A stretch of 41,747 bases of DNA from Polyangiaceae bacterium (GTDB lineage Bacteria; Myxococcota_A; Polyangia; Polyangiales; Polyangiaceae): assembly GCA_044222475.1 (NCBI GenBank), contig JBGANF010000068.1, positions 1-41,747 of the forward strand, in the 5' to 3' direction. This document shows positions 8,713 to 18,126 of the stretch, in pieces; within the stretch, counting starts at the first letter, position 1, and every line of letters starts with the position of its first letter. The notes under the pieces are model-generated. The model worked only from the letters and a program-made list of their open reading frames with translations. It ran no database searches and was not told the origin of the DNA. The translations under genes were made by a program, and so were the position numbers.

Positions 8713-10644
8713 TCAGCGGAGCCGGACCGGCATGATCTCCGTCGAGAGCTGCACCTCGTCGCCGAGGCCGTAGTAGTAGAACGCGGGCGTCGAGACCTGC
8801 CGCAACAGCGCGAACAGCCGCAGCCTCAGGCGGGCGAAGAGGCTCGCGTCCTTCGCCGCCATGATGTTCTCTTGCGACGCGTGCACGATCCACTTGTGCG
8901 GATCGACGGGCAGGTCGATCTCGTGGTGGCCGGCCAAGTCTTCCAGCACGCGCTCCACGTTCGGGTCTTCCATGAACCCGAACGCCATCGTGACGCTCAC
9001 GACGCAACCGCGCTCCTTCGAGCGCTGGAACACCGTGACGTGGTACCGCGCGTCGTGAACGTAGGGGGTCTTCCGGTGGACCACCTCGACGAAGATCAGG
9101 TTCTTCGGCAACGCTCCCCAGCGCTGCCAGAGGAGCTGCATCAGCGCCGGGGTGTTGTCGTCCTTCGAGCGCAGCGGCTTCGGCACCATGACGACGGCGT
9201 TTCGGTCGAAGAGGGTCGCGGTCTCCTTCAACGCGACGAGCTCCGAGATCTTCATCGACGGCGTCCCCGAGTACGCTTCGAACGTCGCCTTCCGGCCCCA
9301 CCGCCACGTCGTCATCACGCCGAAGAAGAGGATGCCGAGGCTGAGCGGGATGTAACCCCCCTCGAGGAACTTGAGCGAGTTGGCGCTCAGGAAGGACGAG
9401 TCGATGAACCCGAGCGGACCGAACACGAGGAGGATCACCGGCCAGCTCCAGCGCCAGTAGATGCGCGCGATCGCGGTCATGGCGATCGACGTCGACAGCA
9501 TCACGCCCGACACGGAGAGGCCGTATGCGGCCGCCAGGTTGGTGCTCGACCCGAACTTCAGGACGAGCGACACGCAACCGACGTAGAGCGCCCAGTTGAT
9601 GAACGGCACGTAGATCTGCCCGACGTGCGCGTGGTGGGTGTGGACCACGTGGAGACGTGGAAACAGACCGAGCGAGACGGCTTGGGTCGCGAGGGAGAAC
9701 GCGCCGGAGATCAGCGCTTGGGACGCGATCACCGTCGCGCAGGTGGCGAGGACGACCATCGGCAGGAGGGCGACGCTCGGGACCAGGCTGTAGAACACGC
9801 TGTCGTTCGTCACCTTCGCCCCGCTCATCAAGTACGCGCCCTGTCCGAGGTAGCTCGCGATGAGCGCGGGGTAGACGAGGGCGATCCAGCTCATGCGGAT
9901 GGGTCGTCGGCCGAAGTGTCCCATGTCGGCGTACAGAGCCTCACCGCCGGTGATCGCGAGGACGACGCCACCGAGGAGGCGGAGAGAGCCATGCACACCG
10001 AGGGAGCGAAGCATCGCCAGTCCCCGAAGCGGGTCGACCGCCGCGAGGATCCCGGGGTGCTTCACGACCTGCACCACGCCGAGCGCGCCGATGGAGAGGA
10101 ACCAGCACGAGATGATTGGCCCGAAGACCTTCCCCACCTGCGCCGTGCCTTTGCGCTGAATGAGGAAGAGCGTCGTGAGGATGGCGATCGTGATCGGAAC
10201 GACGAAACGGTCGAACGTGGGCGTCACCGTCTTCAACCCTTCGACGGCGGAGAGCACGCTGATCGCCGGCGTGATGATCCCTTCCCCGAAGAGAAGACCG
10301 GCCGCGAGCATGAGGAGCCACAACAGGAAAGCGAGTCCCCTACGCTTGTGCTTGTGAATCAGTCCGTAGAGGGCGAACGTTCCGCCTTCGCCGTCGTTGT
10401 CCGCGCGAAGGACGAAGACGAGGTACTTGAAGAGGACGACGGTGGTGATCGTCCAGAGCACGAGCGAGATGCAGCCGATCACGTTGGCATCGTTCACGGC
10501 GACGTCCGAGTGACCGAAGAAGATCTGGTTCACCGCGTACAGCGGTGACGTTCCGATGTCGCCGTAGACGACGCCCATCGCGCCGATGGTGAGCGCGAGG
10601 ATGCTGCCGTGGGGAGCGTGCCCGTCCTCCGGTGTGCCCGCCAT
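8713..10644 (-). CDS. kup: KUP/HAK/KT family potassium uptake protein
   Basis: GVVYGDIGTSPLY, RADNDGEGG, ITPAISVLSAVEG, GGEALYADMGHFG, ASQALISG, GQIYVP, FGFME. Confidence 0.95.
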   Translation of the reverse strand: MAGTPEDGHAPHGSILALTIGAMGVVYGDIGTSPLYAVNQIFFGHSDVAVNDANVIGCISLVLWTITTVVLFKYLVFVLRADNDGEGGTFALYGLIHKHKRRGLAFLLWLLMLAAGLLFGEGIITPAISVLSAVEGLKTVTPTFDRFVVPITIAILTTLFLIQRKGTAQVGKVFGPIISCWFLSIGALGVVQVVKHPGILAAVDPLRGLAMLRSLGVHGSLRLLGGVVLAITGGEALYADMGHFGRRPIRMSWIALVYPALIASYLGQGAYLMSGAKVTNDSVFYSLVPSVALLPMVVLATCATVIASQALISGAFSLATQAVSLGLFPRLHVVHTHHAHVGQIYVPFINWALYVGCVSLVLKFGSSTNLAAAYGLSVSGVMLSTSIAMTAIARIYWRWSWPVILLVFGPLGFIDSSFLSANSLKFLEGGYIPLSLGILFFGVMTTWRWGRKATFEAYSGTPSMKISELVALKETATLFDRNAVVMVPKPLRSKDDNTPALMQLLWQRWGALPKNLIFVEVVHRKTPYVHDARYHVTVFQRSKERGCVVSVTMAFGFMEDPNVERVLEDLAGHHEIDLPVDPHKWIVHASQENIMAAKDASLFARLRLRLFALLRQVSTPAFYYYGLGDEVQLSTEIMPVRLR

Positions 10645-10745
10645 GGACGAGCAAGATACAACGCCGCCAGCGAGTCATCGCGGACGATCCCTCGACGCGC
10701 AGGTCTTGCGCGGTTCGAGCCGGAGACGTGCACGCTGACTCGACG

Positions 10746-10761
10746 TGGCACGGCGCCTGCT
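10746..10761 (+). promoter_or_regulatory. Sigma54 (-24/-12) promoter
   Basis: TGGCACGGCGCCTGCT is GG-N10-GC and near the consensus TGGCACG-N4-TTGCW. Predicted +1 is about 10772, next to GTG 10773. Confidence 0.65.
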
Positions 10762-10772
10762 ACCTGTCCCAC

Positions 10773-11930
10773 GTGAGCACGAAGTCGGACTCCACCGCGC
10801 AAAGCGTGCGCGACCTTCCTCGCGTCCTCGGTGACGTGGTCGGCGCGAGGTCCGGTCGGACCGTGATCCTCACCGGCGCGATCCACGGCAACGAGCCCGC
10901 GGGAGCGATCGCGATCCAGCGCGTTCTCGACGAGCTCGGCACCCGACCTGCGAAGCTGAAAGGCAGAGTCGTCGGATTGACCGGCAACCGCGCAGCGCTC
11001 GCTCGAGGGACGCGCTTCGTCTCTCGCGATCTGAACCGGCGCTGGTACGCGAACGAGCTCGCCGCGCTCGCCACGCGCTCGCTCGAGACGCTCGTCGACG
11101 AGGATCTCGAGCAGCGCGAGCTCTTCGATCGCATCGGCGCCCACGAGGCGCGCGGTCCGCTGGCCATCGTCGACCTCCACACGACGTCGGGAGAGAGCCC
11201 TCCGTTCGTCTGCTTCGGCGACACGCTCGCGAATCGGCACGTCGCGCTCGCGCTCCCCATGACGGCGATCCTCGGGCTCGAAGAGGTCATCGATGGCGCG
11301 ATGCTGGGCTACTACACCGATCGCGGTCACGTCGCGATCTCGGTGGAGGCCGGACAACACGACGATCCGATCACCATCGACCGTCACGTGTCGACCCTCT
11401 GGGTGACGCTGGACGCGCTGGGCGCAGTGTCCGGGACCGAGATCGAAGGCTTCGAGGCTCATCGCGAGAGGCTCGAACGCGCGGCCCTCGGGCAGCCGCG
11501 CGTCGTCGAGATCCGGCACCGGCACCGGGTCCACCCGAGCGACGACTTCGCGATGACGCCCGGTTTCACGAGCTTCCAGAGGATCGAGCGCGGGGACGTC
11601 GTCGCGAAGGATCGCCGCGGGCCGGTGCGCGCGCCGCTCTCCGGCCTCATGCTCATGCCGCGGTACCAGGGCCAGGGCGAGGACGGGTACTTCCTCGTGC
11701 GCGAGGTGGCGCCGTTCTGGATCGCGGTGTCCGAGAGGATGCGAGCCATTGGCTTCGAACGCATCGTCTCACGCCTCCCGGGCGTGGAGCGCGAGGGCGG
11801 CTCGCTCGACCGGCTCGCGGTGGACCCGAACGTCGCGCGTTCGTTCGTCGTGGAGGTGATGCATCTGTGTGGGTACCGTCGAGGGCGCGATCACGACAGC
11901 AAGATGGCGTTCACTCGTCGACCGCGCTGA
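10773..11930 (+). CDS. Succinylglutamate desuccinylase/aspartoacylase (AstE/AspA, M14-like) family protein
   Basis: Zn-binding GAIHGNE, RDLNRRW, DLHTTS, EAGQHDD. C-terminal F.M.PGF..F...LMPRYQGQGEDGY. Start codon uncertain (GTG 10773 or 10806). Confidence 0.85.
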   Translation: MSTKSDSTAQSVRDLPRVLGDVVGARSGRTVILTGAIHGNEPAGAIAIQRVLDELGTRPAKLKGRVVGLTGNRAALARGTRFVSRDLNRRWYANELAALATRSLETLVDEDLEQRELFDRIGAHEARGPLAIVDLHTTSGESPPFVCFGDTLANRHVALALPMTAILGLEEVIDGAMLGYYTDRGHVAISVEAGQHDDPITIDRHVSTLWVTLDALGAVSGTEIEGFEAHRERLERAALGQPRVVEIRHRHRVHPSDDFAMTPGFTSFQRIERGDVVAKDRRGPVRAPLSGLMLMPRYQGQGEDGYFLVREVAPFWIAVSERMRAIGFERIVSRLPGVEREGGSLDRLAVDPNVARSFVVEVMHLCGYRRGRDHDSKMAFTRRPR

Positions 11931-11937
11931 GGGGCTC

Positions 11938-13425
11938 ATGGGGATTGAAATCGATCGTGAAGAGTTCAGCGACGACGACCGCGCGCGGTTCGCCGCGAAG
12001 CTCGAGGCTTGCCTCGACGCGCTTCGTCAGGTCGTCGCGAGGCCCGGCTTCGGGGTCGGCGAGCCGTCGATCGGTGCGGAGCTCGAGCTGAACCTCGTCG
12101 ATGCCCATCGGCTTCCCGCGCCCGTGAACCGCGCCGTCCTCGAGGACGTGAAGGACGACCGGCTCACGCTGGAGGTGAATCGGTTCAACCTCGAGATCAA
12201 CGCGAGGCCGCAGCCGCTTCGCGGTCGGCCGCTCTCGGCGACGGCGCGCCAGCTCGACGAGGCGCTCGCCGCGACCCGCGCTGCTGCCGCCACGCACGGC
12301 GCGAGCGTCGTCACGGTCGGCATCCTCCCCACGCTGCGCGAAGAGGACCTCGGCCCAGGCGCGCTGACCGATGGGCGTCGCTACCGAGCGCTCTCGTCCA
12401 GCCTGCGCCGCATCCGCCAGTCGCCGTTCCCGCTCCGCATCCGCGGCGAGGAAGACGAGCTGCGTCTCCTCGCCGAGGACGTGACGTACGAGGGCGCGAA
12501 CACGTCGTTCCAGGTTCACCTGCGAGCGTCACCCGACGAGTTCGCCCGGACCTACAACGCGTCGCAGGTCGCGACTGGCGTCGTCCTTGCGATCGCAGGG
12601 AACTCGCCGCTGCTCCTCGGACGGCGGCTGTGGGACGAGACGCGCATCGCGCTGTTCCGTCAGTCCGTCGACGAGCGTGTCGAGGCGAGCGACGACGACT
12701 GGCGCCCTGCCCGCGTCTCTTTCGGTCACGGTTGGGTTCGGAAGGGGGTCGTGGAGCTCTTCGAAGAAGCGGTTCACCTGCACGAACCCCTGCTGCCGAT
12801 CTGCGGACCGGACGATCCGTTGGCCGCGGTCGCGCGCGGTGACGCACCTTCTCTCGCCGAGCTGCGCCTCCACCACGGGACGGTCTGGCGATGGAACCGC
12901 GCCGTGTACGACGACACCGGGGGCGGGCACCTCCGAGTCGAGATGCGCGTCTTGCCGGCAGGGCCGTCGGTGGCCGACATGGTCGCGAACGCGGCGTTCC
13001 TCCTGGGCCTCACCCTGGGCCTGCGTGACGGGATGGACCGGTTCATGACCCAGCTCACCTTCGGTCATGCGCGGCGGAACTTCTACGAGGCGGCCCGGCT
13101 CGGTCTGAACGCCGAGCTCCTGTGGCCCGCCGAGCGTGGCGCGTCGCCGATGCTCGTCCCGGCCGTGAAGCTCGCCGAACGCCTCCTCCCGCTCGCGCGA
13201 GCCGGCCTCGTCGGCGCGGGCGTCGAACCCGACGAAGCCGAGTCCCATCTTGGTACGATCGCCCGTCGCCTCGCCGCGCGAACTACCGGAGCGAAGTGGC
13301 AACGCCAGGCGTTCGCTGCGGCGCTGGTCCGGAGCGGTGGGCCGTCGGCGGCGTCCGCCGACGTGCTCGAAAGATACATGGCGCTCTCCTCGTCCGGCAC
13401 CCCCGTGCACGACTGGCCGTCCTGA
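11938..13425 (+). CDS. Glutamate--cysteine ligase family 2 (GCS2) / carboxylate-amine ligase
   Basis: IGAELELNL, EVNRFNLEIN, GILPTL, EGANTSFQVHL, NSPLLLGRRLWDETRI, HHGTVWRWNR, HLRVEMRVLPAGP. Starts 7 nt after the upstream stop. Confidence 0.85.
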   Translation: MGIEIDREEFSDDDRARFAAKLEACLDALRQVVARPGFGVGEPSIGAELELNLVDAHRLPAPVNRAVLEDVKDDRLTLEVNRFNLEINARPQPLRGRPLSATARQLDEALAATRAAAATHGASVVTVGILPTLREEDLGPGALTDGRRYRALSSSLRRIRQSPFPLRIRGEEDELRLLAEDVTYEGANTSFQVHLRASPDEFARTYNASQVATGVVLAIAGNSPLLLGRRLWDETRIALFRQSVDERVEASDDDWRPARVSFGHGWVRKGVVELFEEAVHLHEPLLPICGPDDPLAAVARGDAPSLAELRLHHGTVWRWNRAVYDDTGGGHLRVEMRVLPAGPSVADMVANAAFLLGLTLGLRDGMDRFMTQLTFGHARRNFYEAARLGLNAELLWPAERGASPMLVPAVKLAERLLPLARAGLVGAGVEPDEAESHLGTIARRLAARTTGAKWQRQAFAAALVRSGGPSAASADVLERYMALSSSGTPVHDWPS

Positions 13426-13521
13426 GCTCCACGAAGGAAGCGTTCGCCGCGCGTCTCGGCTTCGAGGTACCCTGTGTCGTTTGTGCGGGGCCAGAGTCCC
13501 GCAACGGGAGGGTGCGGAGAC

Positions 13522-14511
13522 ATGAAGAGGGTTTGGAAGGTCGTGCGGATCGTCTTCCTGGGGTTGCTCCTCGCGATCGCGGGGTTCGTCTTCTTCTCCG
13601 TGCGGAGCACGAACGCGAAGATGAGCTACCCCGACGAGCCCGGGCCGGCGGTCACCGCGTCGCAGGACCCCGCGGTCATCGAGCGAGGTCGCTACCTCGT
13701 GTATGGGCCGGCCCACTGCTCTCAGTGCCACGGCGACTATCCGCGCGAGCGGCCGCAGGAAAACACGAGCACGGTTCCGCTCAGCGGCGGCTTCGAGTTC
13801 GCGATGGGGCCGATCGGGACCACGTGGTCCGCGAACCTCACGCCCAGCGGCATCGGTGGCCTGAGCGATGCGCAGGTCGCTCGGGCCATCACGACCGGCG
13901 TGCAGCACGACGGCCAGCTCTCGATCCTCATGCGGTACTCGGCAGCGAACCTGTCGCTCGAGGATCTCACCGCGGTGCTCTCGTACTTGCGGTCACTCGC
14001 GCCCGTCCCGCGCGACGTGAAGCGCGGCAGTCTCACCCTCCTCGGGAAGGTCGCGTTCGCTGGGTTCGCCCTCTCGCCGGATCGCAAACCGCTGCCGGCG
14101 CACGTCGCCGAAGGCACGGAGCCCACGCTCGAGCGCGGCGGGTACCTCGCCGAGAACGTCACGCTCTGCGTGGCGTGTCACTCGACGTACGATCCCTCCA
14201 CGTTCGAGCCGACCGGACCCAAGGCCGGAGGCGGTACCGCCGAAGCCAGCCACGGGCCCGACAAGGACAAGGAGTTCGCGCCGCCGAACCTGACGTCGTC
14301 ACCGAAGGGCATCACCGGCAAGATGAGCGAAGACGAGTTCGTCATGCGCATCAAGAGCGGTCGCGCCTACCCCTCGTCGATCATGCCCTGGGAGAACTTC
14401 GGTCGCATGACGGAGAGCGACATGCGATCGATCTACCGCTACTTGAAGTCACTTCCTCCGGTCGACAAGGACACCGGTCCCTCGTACCGCGACGTGGGCT
14501 GGAAGCCCTAG
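13522..14511 (+). CDS. Membrane-anchored dihaem cytochrome c
   Basis: GGAGA RBS, N-terminal TM and two repeats of ERG.YL...CxxCH (CSQCH, CVACH)...NLT. MPW in the second domain. Confidence 0.9.
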   Translation: MKRVWKVVRIVFLGLLLAIAGFVFFSVRSTNAKMSYPDEPGPAVTASQDPAVIERGRYLVYGPAHCSQCHGDYPRERPQENTSTVPLSGGFEFAMGPIGTTWSANLTPSGIGGLSDAQVARAITTGVQHDGQLSILMRYSAANLSLEDLTAVLSYLRSLAPVPRDVKRGSLTLLGKVAFAGFALSPDRKPLPAHVAEGTEPTLERGGYLAENVTLCVACHSTYDPSTFEPTGPKAGGGTAEASHGPDKDKEFAPPNLTSSPKGITGKMSEDEFVMRIKSGRAYPSSIMPWENFGRMTESDMRSIYRYLKSLPPVDKDTGPSYRDVGWKP

Positions 14512-14517
14512 CGCTCC

Positions 14518-15360
14518 TCAGTTGACGCCCTTCAGGTCCCAGCTCCATCGCGTGGTTCCTTGCGCGTTGGCCTTGAGGATGCGCTTGTCGTTCGTGGTCG
14601 GCGCCGGGACTCCCGCCGCCACGTTGTTCTCTGCGTTGAAGTCCGACTGGGACGTGCCGCCGGGGTTGCAGGTCGTCGTCATCGCGCCTGGACGCTTCTG
14701 CGAGAGCGTGGTCGTGATGTCGTACTCGTACGCGCCCTGACCGTTGGGCGTCTTCTTGATCGCGACGAGGTTCTCGAACGCGGGCGGGTTGGTGAACGTC
14801 ACCGTCTCGTTCGCGCTGTACGTACAGGGCCCGGTGGACCCCGATGCCTTCGCGACGTAGGTGATCGACTCGAGGCGGTAGAACGCGAACGTGCCGGACT
14901 GCCCACGCGGATCGGCTTGGTCGTCGCGGACGAAGACGGCGTCGCCGGTCGAATCGAGCTGCATTCCGCCGAGGTTCGAGCTGTCGGTGACCTTGCCGAC
15001 GTACTTCTTCGGGAAGTCGTCGCCGCCGCCGCCTTCGGTGCCGCCGTCGCCGGGCACCAGGCTCACGCACGCGGCGATCTCGGTTGCGCACTTCGACTGA
15101 AGGCACGATTCGTCGCTGTTGCACCCGTTCGTCTGATCGCACTGGACGAGGGCTGTGAGCTGATCCTTCGCGCTCGGCGTCGCCCGCGCGACGCAAGCGT
15201 CCGTGCATCCGCCGTCATCGCTCGCGCTGCACGCTGCAGAGCAGTCGAGAACCTCTTTGCAGCCGAGCTGCGACGGACCAGCGTCCGGGGTGCCCGACGA
15301 GCCAGGCGGGCAGCCGAGGAGGAGAACAGCGCCGAAGAGCCCCATCCAAAGTTTGTTCAT
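14518..15360 (-). CDS. Lipoprotein with Cys-rich helical N-domain and beta-rich C-domain
   Basis: Lipobox LLLGC and a C..C...C...C Cys-rich repeat typical of myxobacterial lipoproteins. Confidence 0.65.
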   Translation of the reverse strand: MNKLWMGLFGAVLLLGCPPGSSGTPDAGPSQLGCKEVLDCSAACSASDDGGCTDACVARATPSAKDQLTALVQCDQTNGCNSDESCLQSKCATEIAACVSLVPGDGGTEGGGGDDFPKKYVGKVTDSSNLGGMQLDSTGDAVFVRDDQADPRGQSGTFAFYRLESITYVAKASGSTGPCTYSANETVTFTNPPAFENLVAIKKTPNGQGAYEYDITTTLSQKRPGAMTTTCNPGGTSQSDFNAENNVAAGVPAPTTNDKRILKANAQGTTRWSWDLKGVN

Positions 15361-15429
15361 CGTGTGAACCTAACGCAGCGACCGACGCCTGCACGCCCAT
15401 GTCCGAAATTGTAATGCCGGGCGGCGTGC

Positions 15430-16413
15430 CTACTTGCAGCACACCGTCGACACGCCGACGAGTGCCGGAGCGGCGGTCTTGGGTCCCGTCGACGAGCACA
15501 CCTTGGTCAACGTCGCCGAGTACTTGAAGTACGTCGCGAACGTGCCCGAGCCCGTTTGGAGGTTGCAGGTGTTGTTCGCGGAGACCGACGCGACCTGAGT
15601 GGTGCACTGGCTGTCGCTGTAGTAGCGGAGCATGCCCCCGACGCAGCTCGACGCGCCGTTGACGTCGCACGTGCACGCCGAACAACCGAGCGTGAAGTCG
15701 TTGCCGACGACCGTGCGTTTTGCGGCGAAGCCGGTAGGACACGTCGGCTCGTTGCCATCCTTCACGACGCACGCGAGGTTCGATTTCAGAGCCCCGTTGC
15801 ACACGGTCTCGGCACACGCGGCGGCCGCGCACGTACGCAGCGACGACCTGGTGACCTTCGTCTTGTCTTCGACGGCGGAGGCGACGCAGGTCCCGCCGGT
15901 AGGCCCCGGAGTCGTGACCTTGGCGTAGGCCGTGATGGAAAGGGGTTGCCCGGTCGCCGTACAGGCGGGACCGTTGGCGGAGAGGGTGGCGCCGACGTTG
16001 GTGCAGTTCGTGGTGTCTCCGATGTGGCGCTGCAGCGTGCCGACGTCGCACGCGGGGTCTTTGGTCACGCTGCATCCGCACCCGCACGCTCCGACGCCGG
16101 CGGTCACCTGCACGATGCGGTCGGTGGTGGCGAAGCCGCTGGGACACGACGCATTCGGGTCGTCGGGAGCGGCCACCGCGGTCCAGCCCGCGGGAATGGA
16201 TTGGGTGCACGGTCCCGTCGCGACGCACCCGGTGGGGAGCGGGCCATCCGCCGGCGCGTCGGGCGGTGCCGCGTCCGCGGTGGCGACGTCGGTCGCGTCT
16301 GGAGGGCCGGAGTCTACGCCCTCGATCTCCAGACTCCCGAGCCCGGACACGAGGGCGCACGCCGGAAGCAACGCGACCGCGCCCGCCCACGCCCATGAGT
16401 AGAGCCGCCTCAC
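15430..16413 (-). CDS. Cys-rich myxobacterial lipoprotein
   Basis: Lipobox LLPAC, a DSG/DA linker, many Cys residues (CGCGC, CSACTC) and a terminal VCCK. Confidence 0.7.
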   Translation of the reverse strand: MRRLYSWAWAGAVALLPACALVSGLGSLEIEGVDSGPPDATDVATADAAPPDAPADGPLPTGCVATGPCTQSIPAGWTAVAAPDDPNASCPSGFATTDRIVQVTAGVGACGCGCSVTKDPACDVGTLQRHIGDTTNCTNVGATLSANGPACTATGQPLSITAYAKVTTPGPTGGTCVASAVEDKTKVTRSSLRTCAAAACAETVCNGALKSNLACVVKDGNEPTCPTGFAAKRTVVGNDFTLGCSACTCDVNGASSCVGGMLRYYSDSQCTTQVASVSANNTCNLQTGSGTFATYFKYSATLTKVCSSTGPKTAAPALVGVSTVCCK

Positions 16414-16493
16414 ATCGATGAGCGTAGCACCGCGCCTGTCGCATGGGCTTCGGCTTCCGGTGCAGCGAAGAGTGCGGTACCAAAGGGCCGCCG

Positions 16494-17135
16494 ATGGAAA
16501 AGAAGCCGAAGCCCTACCACGACGCGCCGCGCATCCCGCGCCGTCCGCGAGAGGGCGGGGGAGAGATCATCGACGTCCGCGCCGTCGTCGCGGGCGAGTG
16601 GATCGAGCTCGAGATCGGCCCCGGGCGAGGCAACTTTCTCTTCGAGCGCGCAGCGACGGAGCCGCGCGCCGCGTTGATCGGGATGGAGGTGCGGCGCAAG
16701 TGGGCCGCGCTCGTCGACGCCAGGCTCGGCAAGCTCGGTATCGCGAAGCGCGCGCGCTGCTTCGCGGAAGACGCCAAAGAGGCGCTCCCGGCGTGCACGC
16801 CGGACGGCTCGGTCCGCCGCGTGTACCTCCTGTTTCCGGACCCGTGGTGGAAGAAGCGCCACCAGAAGCGGCTCGTCATGGGCGACGTGTTCCTCGACTC
16901 GATCGCGCGCCTGCTCGAGCCGGGCGGTGAGCTCTTCGTCGAGACGGACGTCGAAGAGCGCGCCGAGCAGTATCGTGCGCGCATCGCGGAGGACGCGCGC
17001 TTTGTCCCATTTGGGGACGAGGCCGGCTCGCCGATGCTGCGCGAGAACCCGTACGGCGCGCGCACCAACCGCGAGCACCGTGCGATCAAAGATGGGCTGC
17101 CGGTTCACCGCATGCGCTGGAAGAGAGCGGCCTGA
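16494..17135 (+). CDS. trmB: tRNA (guanine-N7)-methyltransferase
   Basis: LEIGPGRG, GMEVRRK, FPDPWWKKRHQKR, FVETDV, TNRE. Confidence 0.9.
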   Translation: MEKKPKPYHDAPRIPRRPREGGGEIIDVRAVVAGEWIELEIGPGRGNFLFERAATEPRAALIGMEVRRKWAALVDARLGKLGIAKRARCFAEDAKEALPACTPDGSVRRVYLLFPDPWWKKRHQKRLVMGDVFLDSIARLLEPGGELFVETDVEERAEQYRARIAEDARFVPFGDEAGSPMLRENPYGARTNREHRAIKDGLPVHRMRWKRAA

Positions 17136-17138
17136 CGC

Positions 17139-17717
17139 TCACTCTTCGTTCAGCTGGCGCTCGATCCGCGGGTCTGGAACGAGCCACATCGCTGCGACCG
17201 CGACGTAGAGCGCAATCGAGACCCATCGTTGGTAGAACGCGAGCGCGATGGCAGCCGAGTAAGCGCCGATCGAGACCTTCGCCTTCCAGTCGGCGCCCAC
17301 CGCGCTGGCCAGCTTGGAGCTGTTGCCGTCGGCCCGAATGATCGCGTCCTGGAGGAGCTTGTAGGCGCCGCCGGCCAGCAAGAGGTTCACTCCGTAGAGC
17401 GCGACCGGCAACGGCGCGGCGTGGTTCTCCGCCACCCAGCCGGTCGTGAACGGGATGAGCGAGAGCCAGAACAACAGATGCAGGTTCGCCCAGAGGATCG
17501 CTCCGTTGACCCTCTTGCTGGCGTGCAGCATGTGGTGGTGGTTGTTCCAGTAGATGCCGAGATAGACGAACGACAGCACGTAGCTGAAGAAGATGGGACC
17601 CAGCTCGCGAAGCGTCTCCCAGTCGGCGCCGTGAGGAACCTTCAGCTCGAGCACCATGATCGTGATCAAGATCGCGATGACGCCGTCACTGAACGCTTCG
17701 AGTCGTCCCTTGCTCAT
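17139..17717 (-). CDS. TMEM175-family (DUF1211) potassium channel-like protein
   Basis: Signature RLEAFSDGVIAILITIMVLEL, plus YWNNHHH and LIPFTT. Six TM segments. Confidence 0.9.
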   Translation of the reverse strand: MSKGRLEAFSDGVIAILITIMVLELKVPHGADWETLRELGPIFFSYVLSFVYLGIYWNNHHHMLHASKRVNGAILWANLHLLFWLSLIPFTTGWVAENHAAPLPVALYGVNLLLAGGAYKLLQDAIIRADGNSSKLASAVGADWKAKVSIGAYSAAIALAFYQRWVSIALYVAVAAMWLVPDPRIERQLNEE

Positions 17718-17734
17718 GGGGCGACCGTATCAAC

Positions 17735-18124
17735 TCAACGGAGGGCGCGCCCCCGCCGGATGACCAGGGGGCGCTCGCTTCCTCGGAGCGGCGACGCTCG
17801 ATTCCAGCCGATCAAGATCGCGCCGCCCCAGACGCCGATCATGAGAATCGGGAAAATCCGCTGCGAGACGACCCACAGCACGAAGAACAGAACCGCGGTC
17901 GCAGCGAAGATGCCACCGCCCAGGACGAGCCCCTGGATCCACTTGGGCTCCGAGTCCTCCTCGATTCGATTGCCGCACGGCTCGCACCACAGGTTGCCGT
18001 TCACCGTGAAGGCGAGGCATGTGTCGCAGAATGGTTTGTCGCAATGGGTGCATTTTGCACGCATCGCGCTCCCGTCGTTCACGCACGCCGCGCTGGCGGA
18101 CGTCTGGTACGGACGGGGCACCAC
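17735..18124 (-). CDS. Small B-box-like Zn-finger membrane protein
   Basis: C-x-CTHC-x4-CDTC-x10-CEPC followed by 2 TM helices. Starts 2 nt after the kinase stop. Confidence 0.55.
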   Translation of the reverse strand: MVPRPYQTSASAACVNDGSAMRAKCTHCDKPFCDTCLAFTVNGNLWCEPCGNRIEEDSEPKWIQGLVLGGGIFAATAVLFFVLWVVSQRIFPILMIGVWGGAILIGWNRASPLRGSERPLVIRRGRALR

Positions 18125-18126
18125 GA

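Noticed and set aside
14518..16413. Cys-rich lipoproteins as RiPP precursors or multihaem cytochromes
   Set aside because: No CxxCH motifs and no modifying enzymes nearby. Disulfide-rich lipoproteins are routine in myxobacteria.
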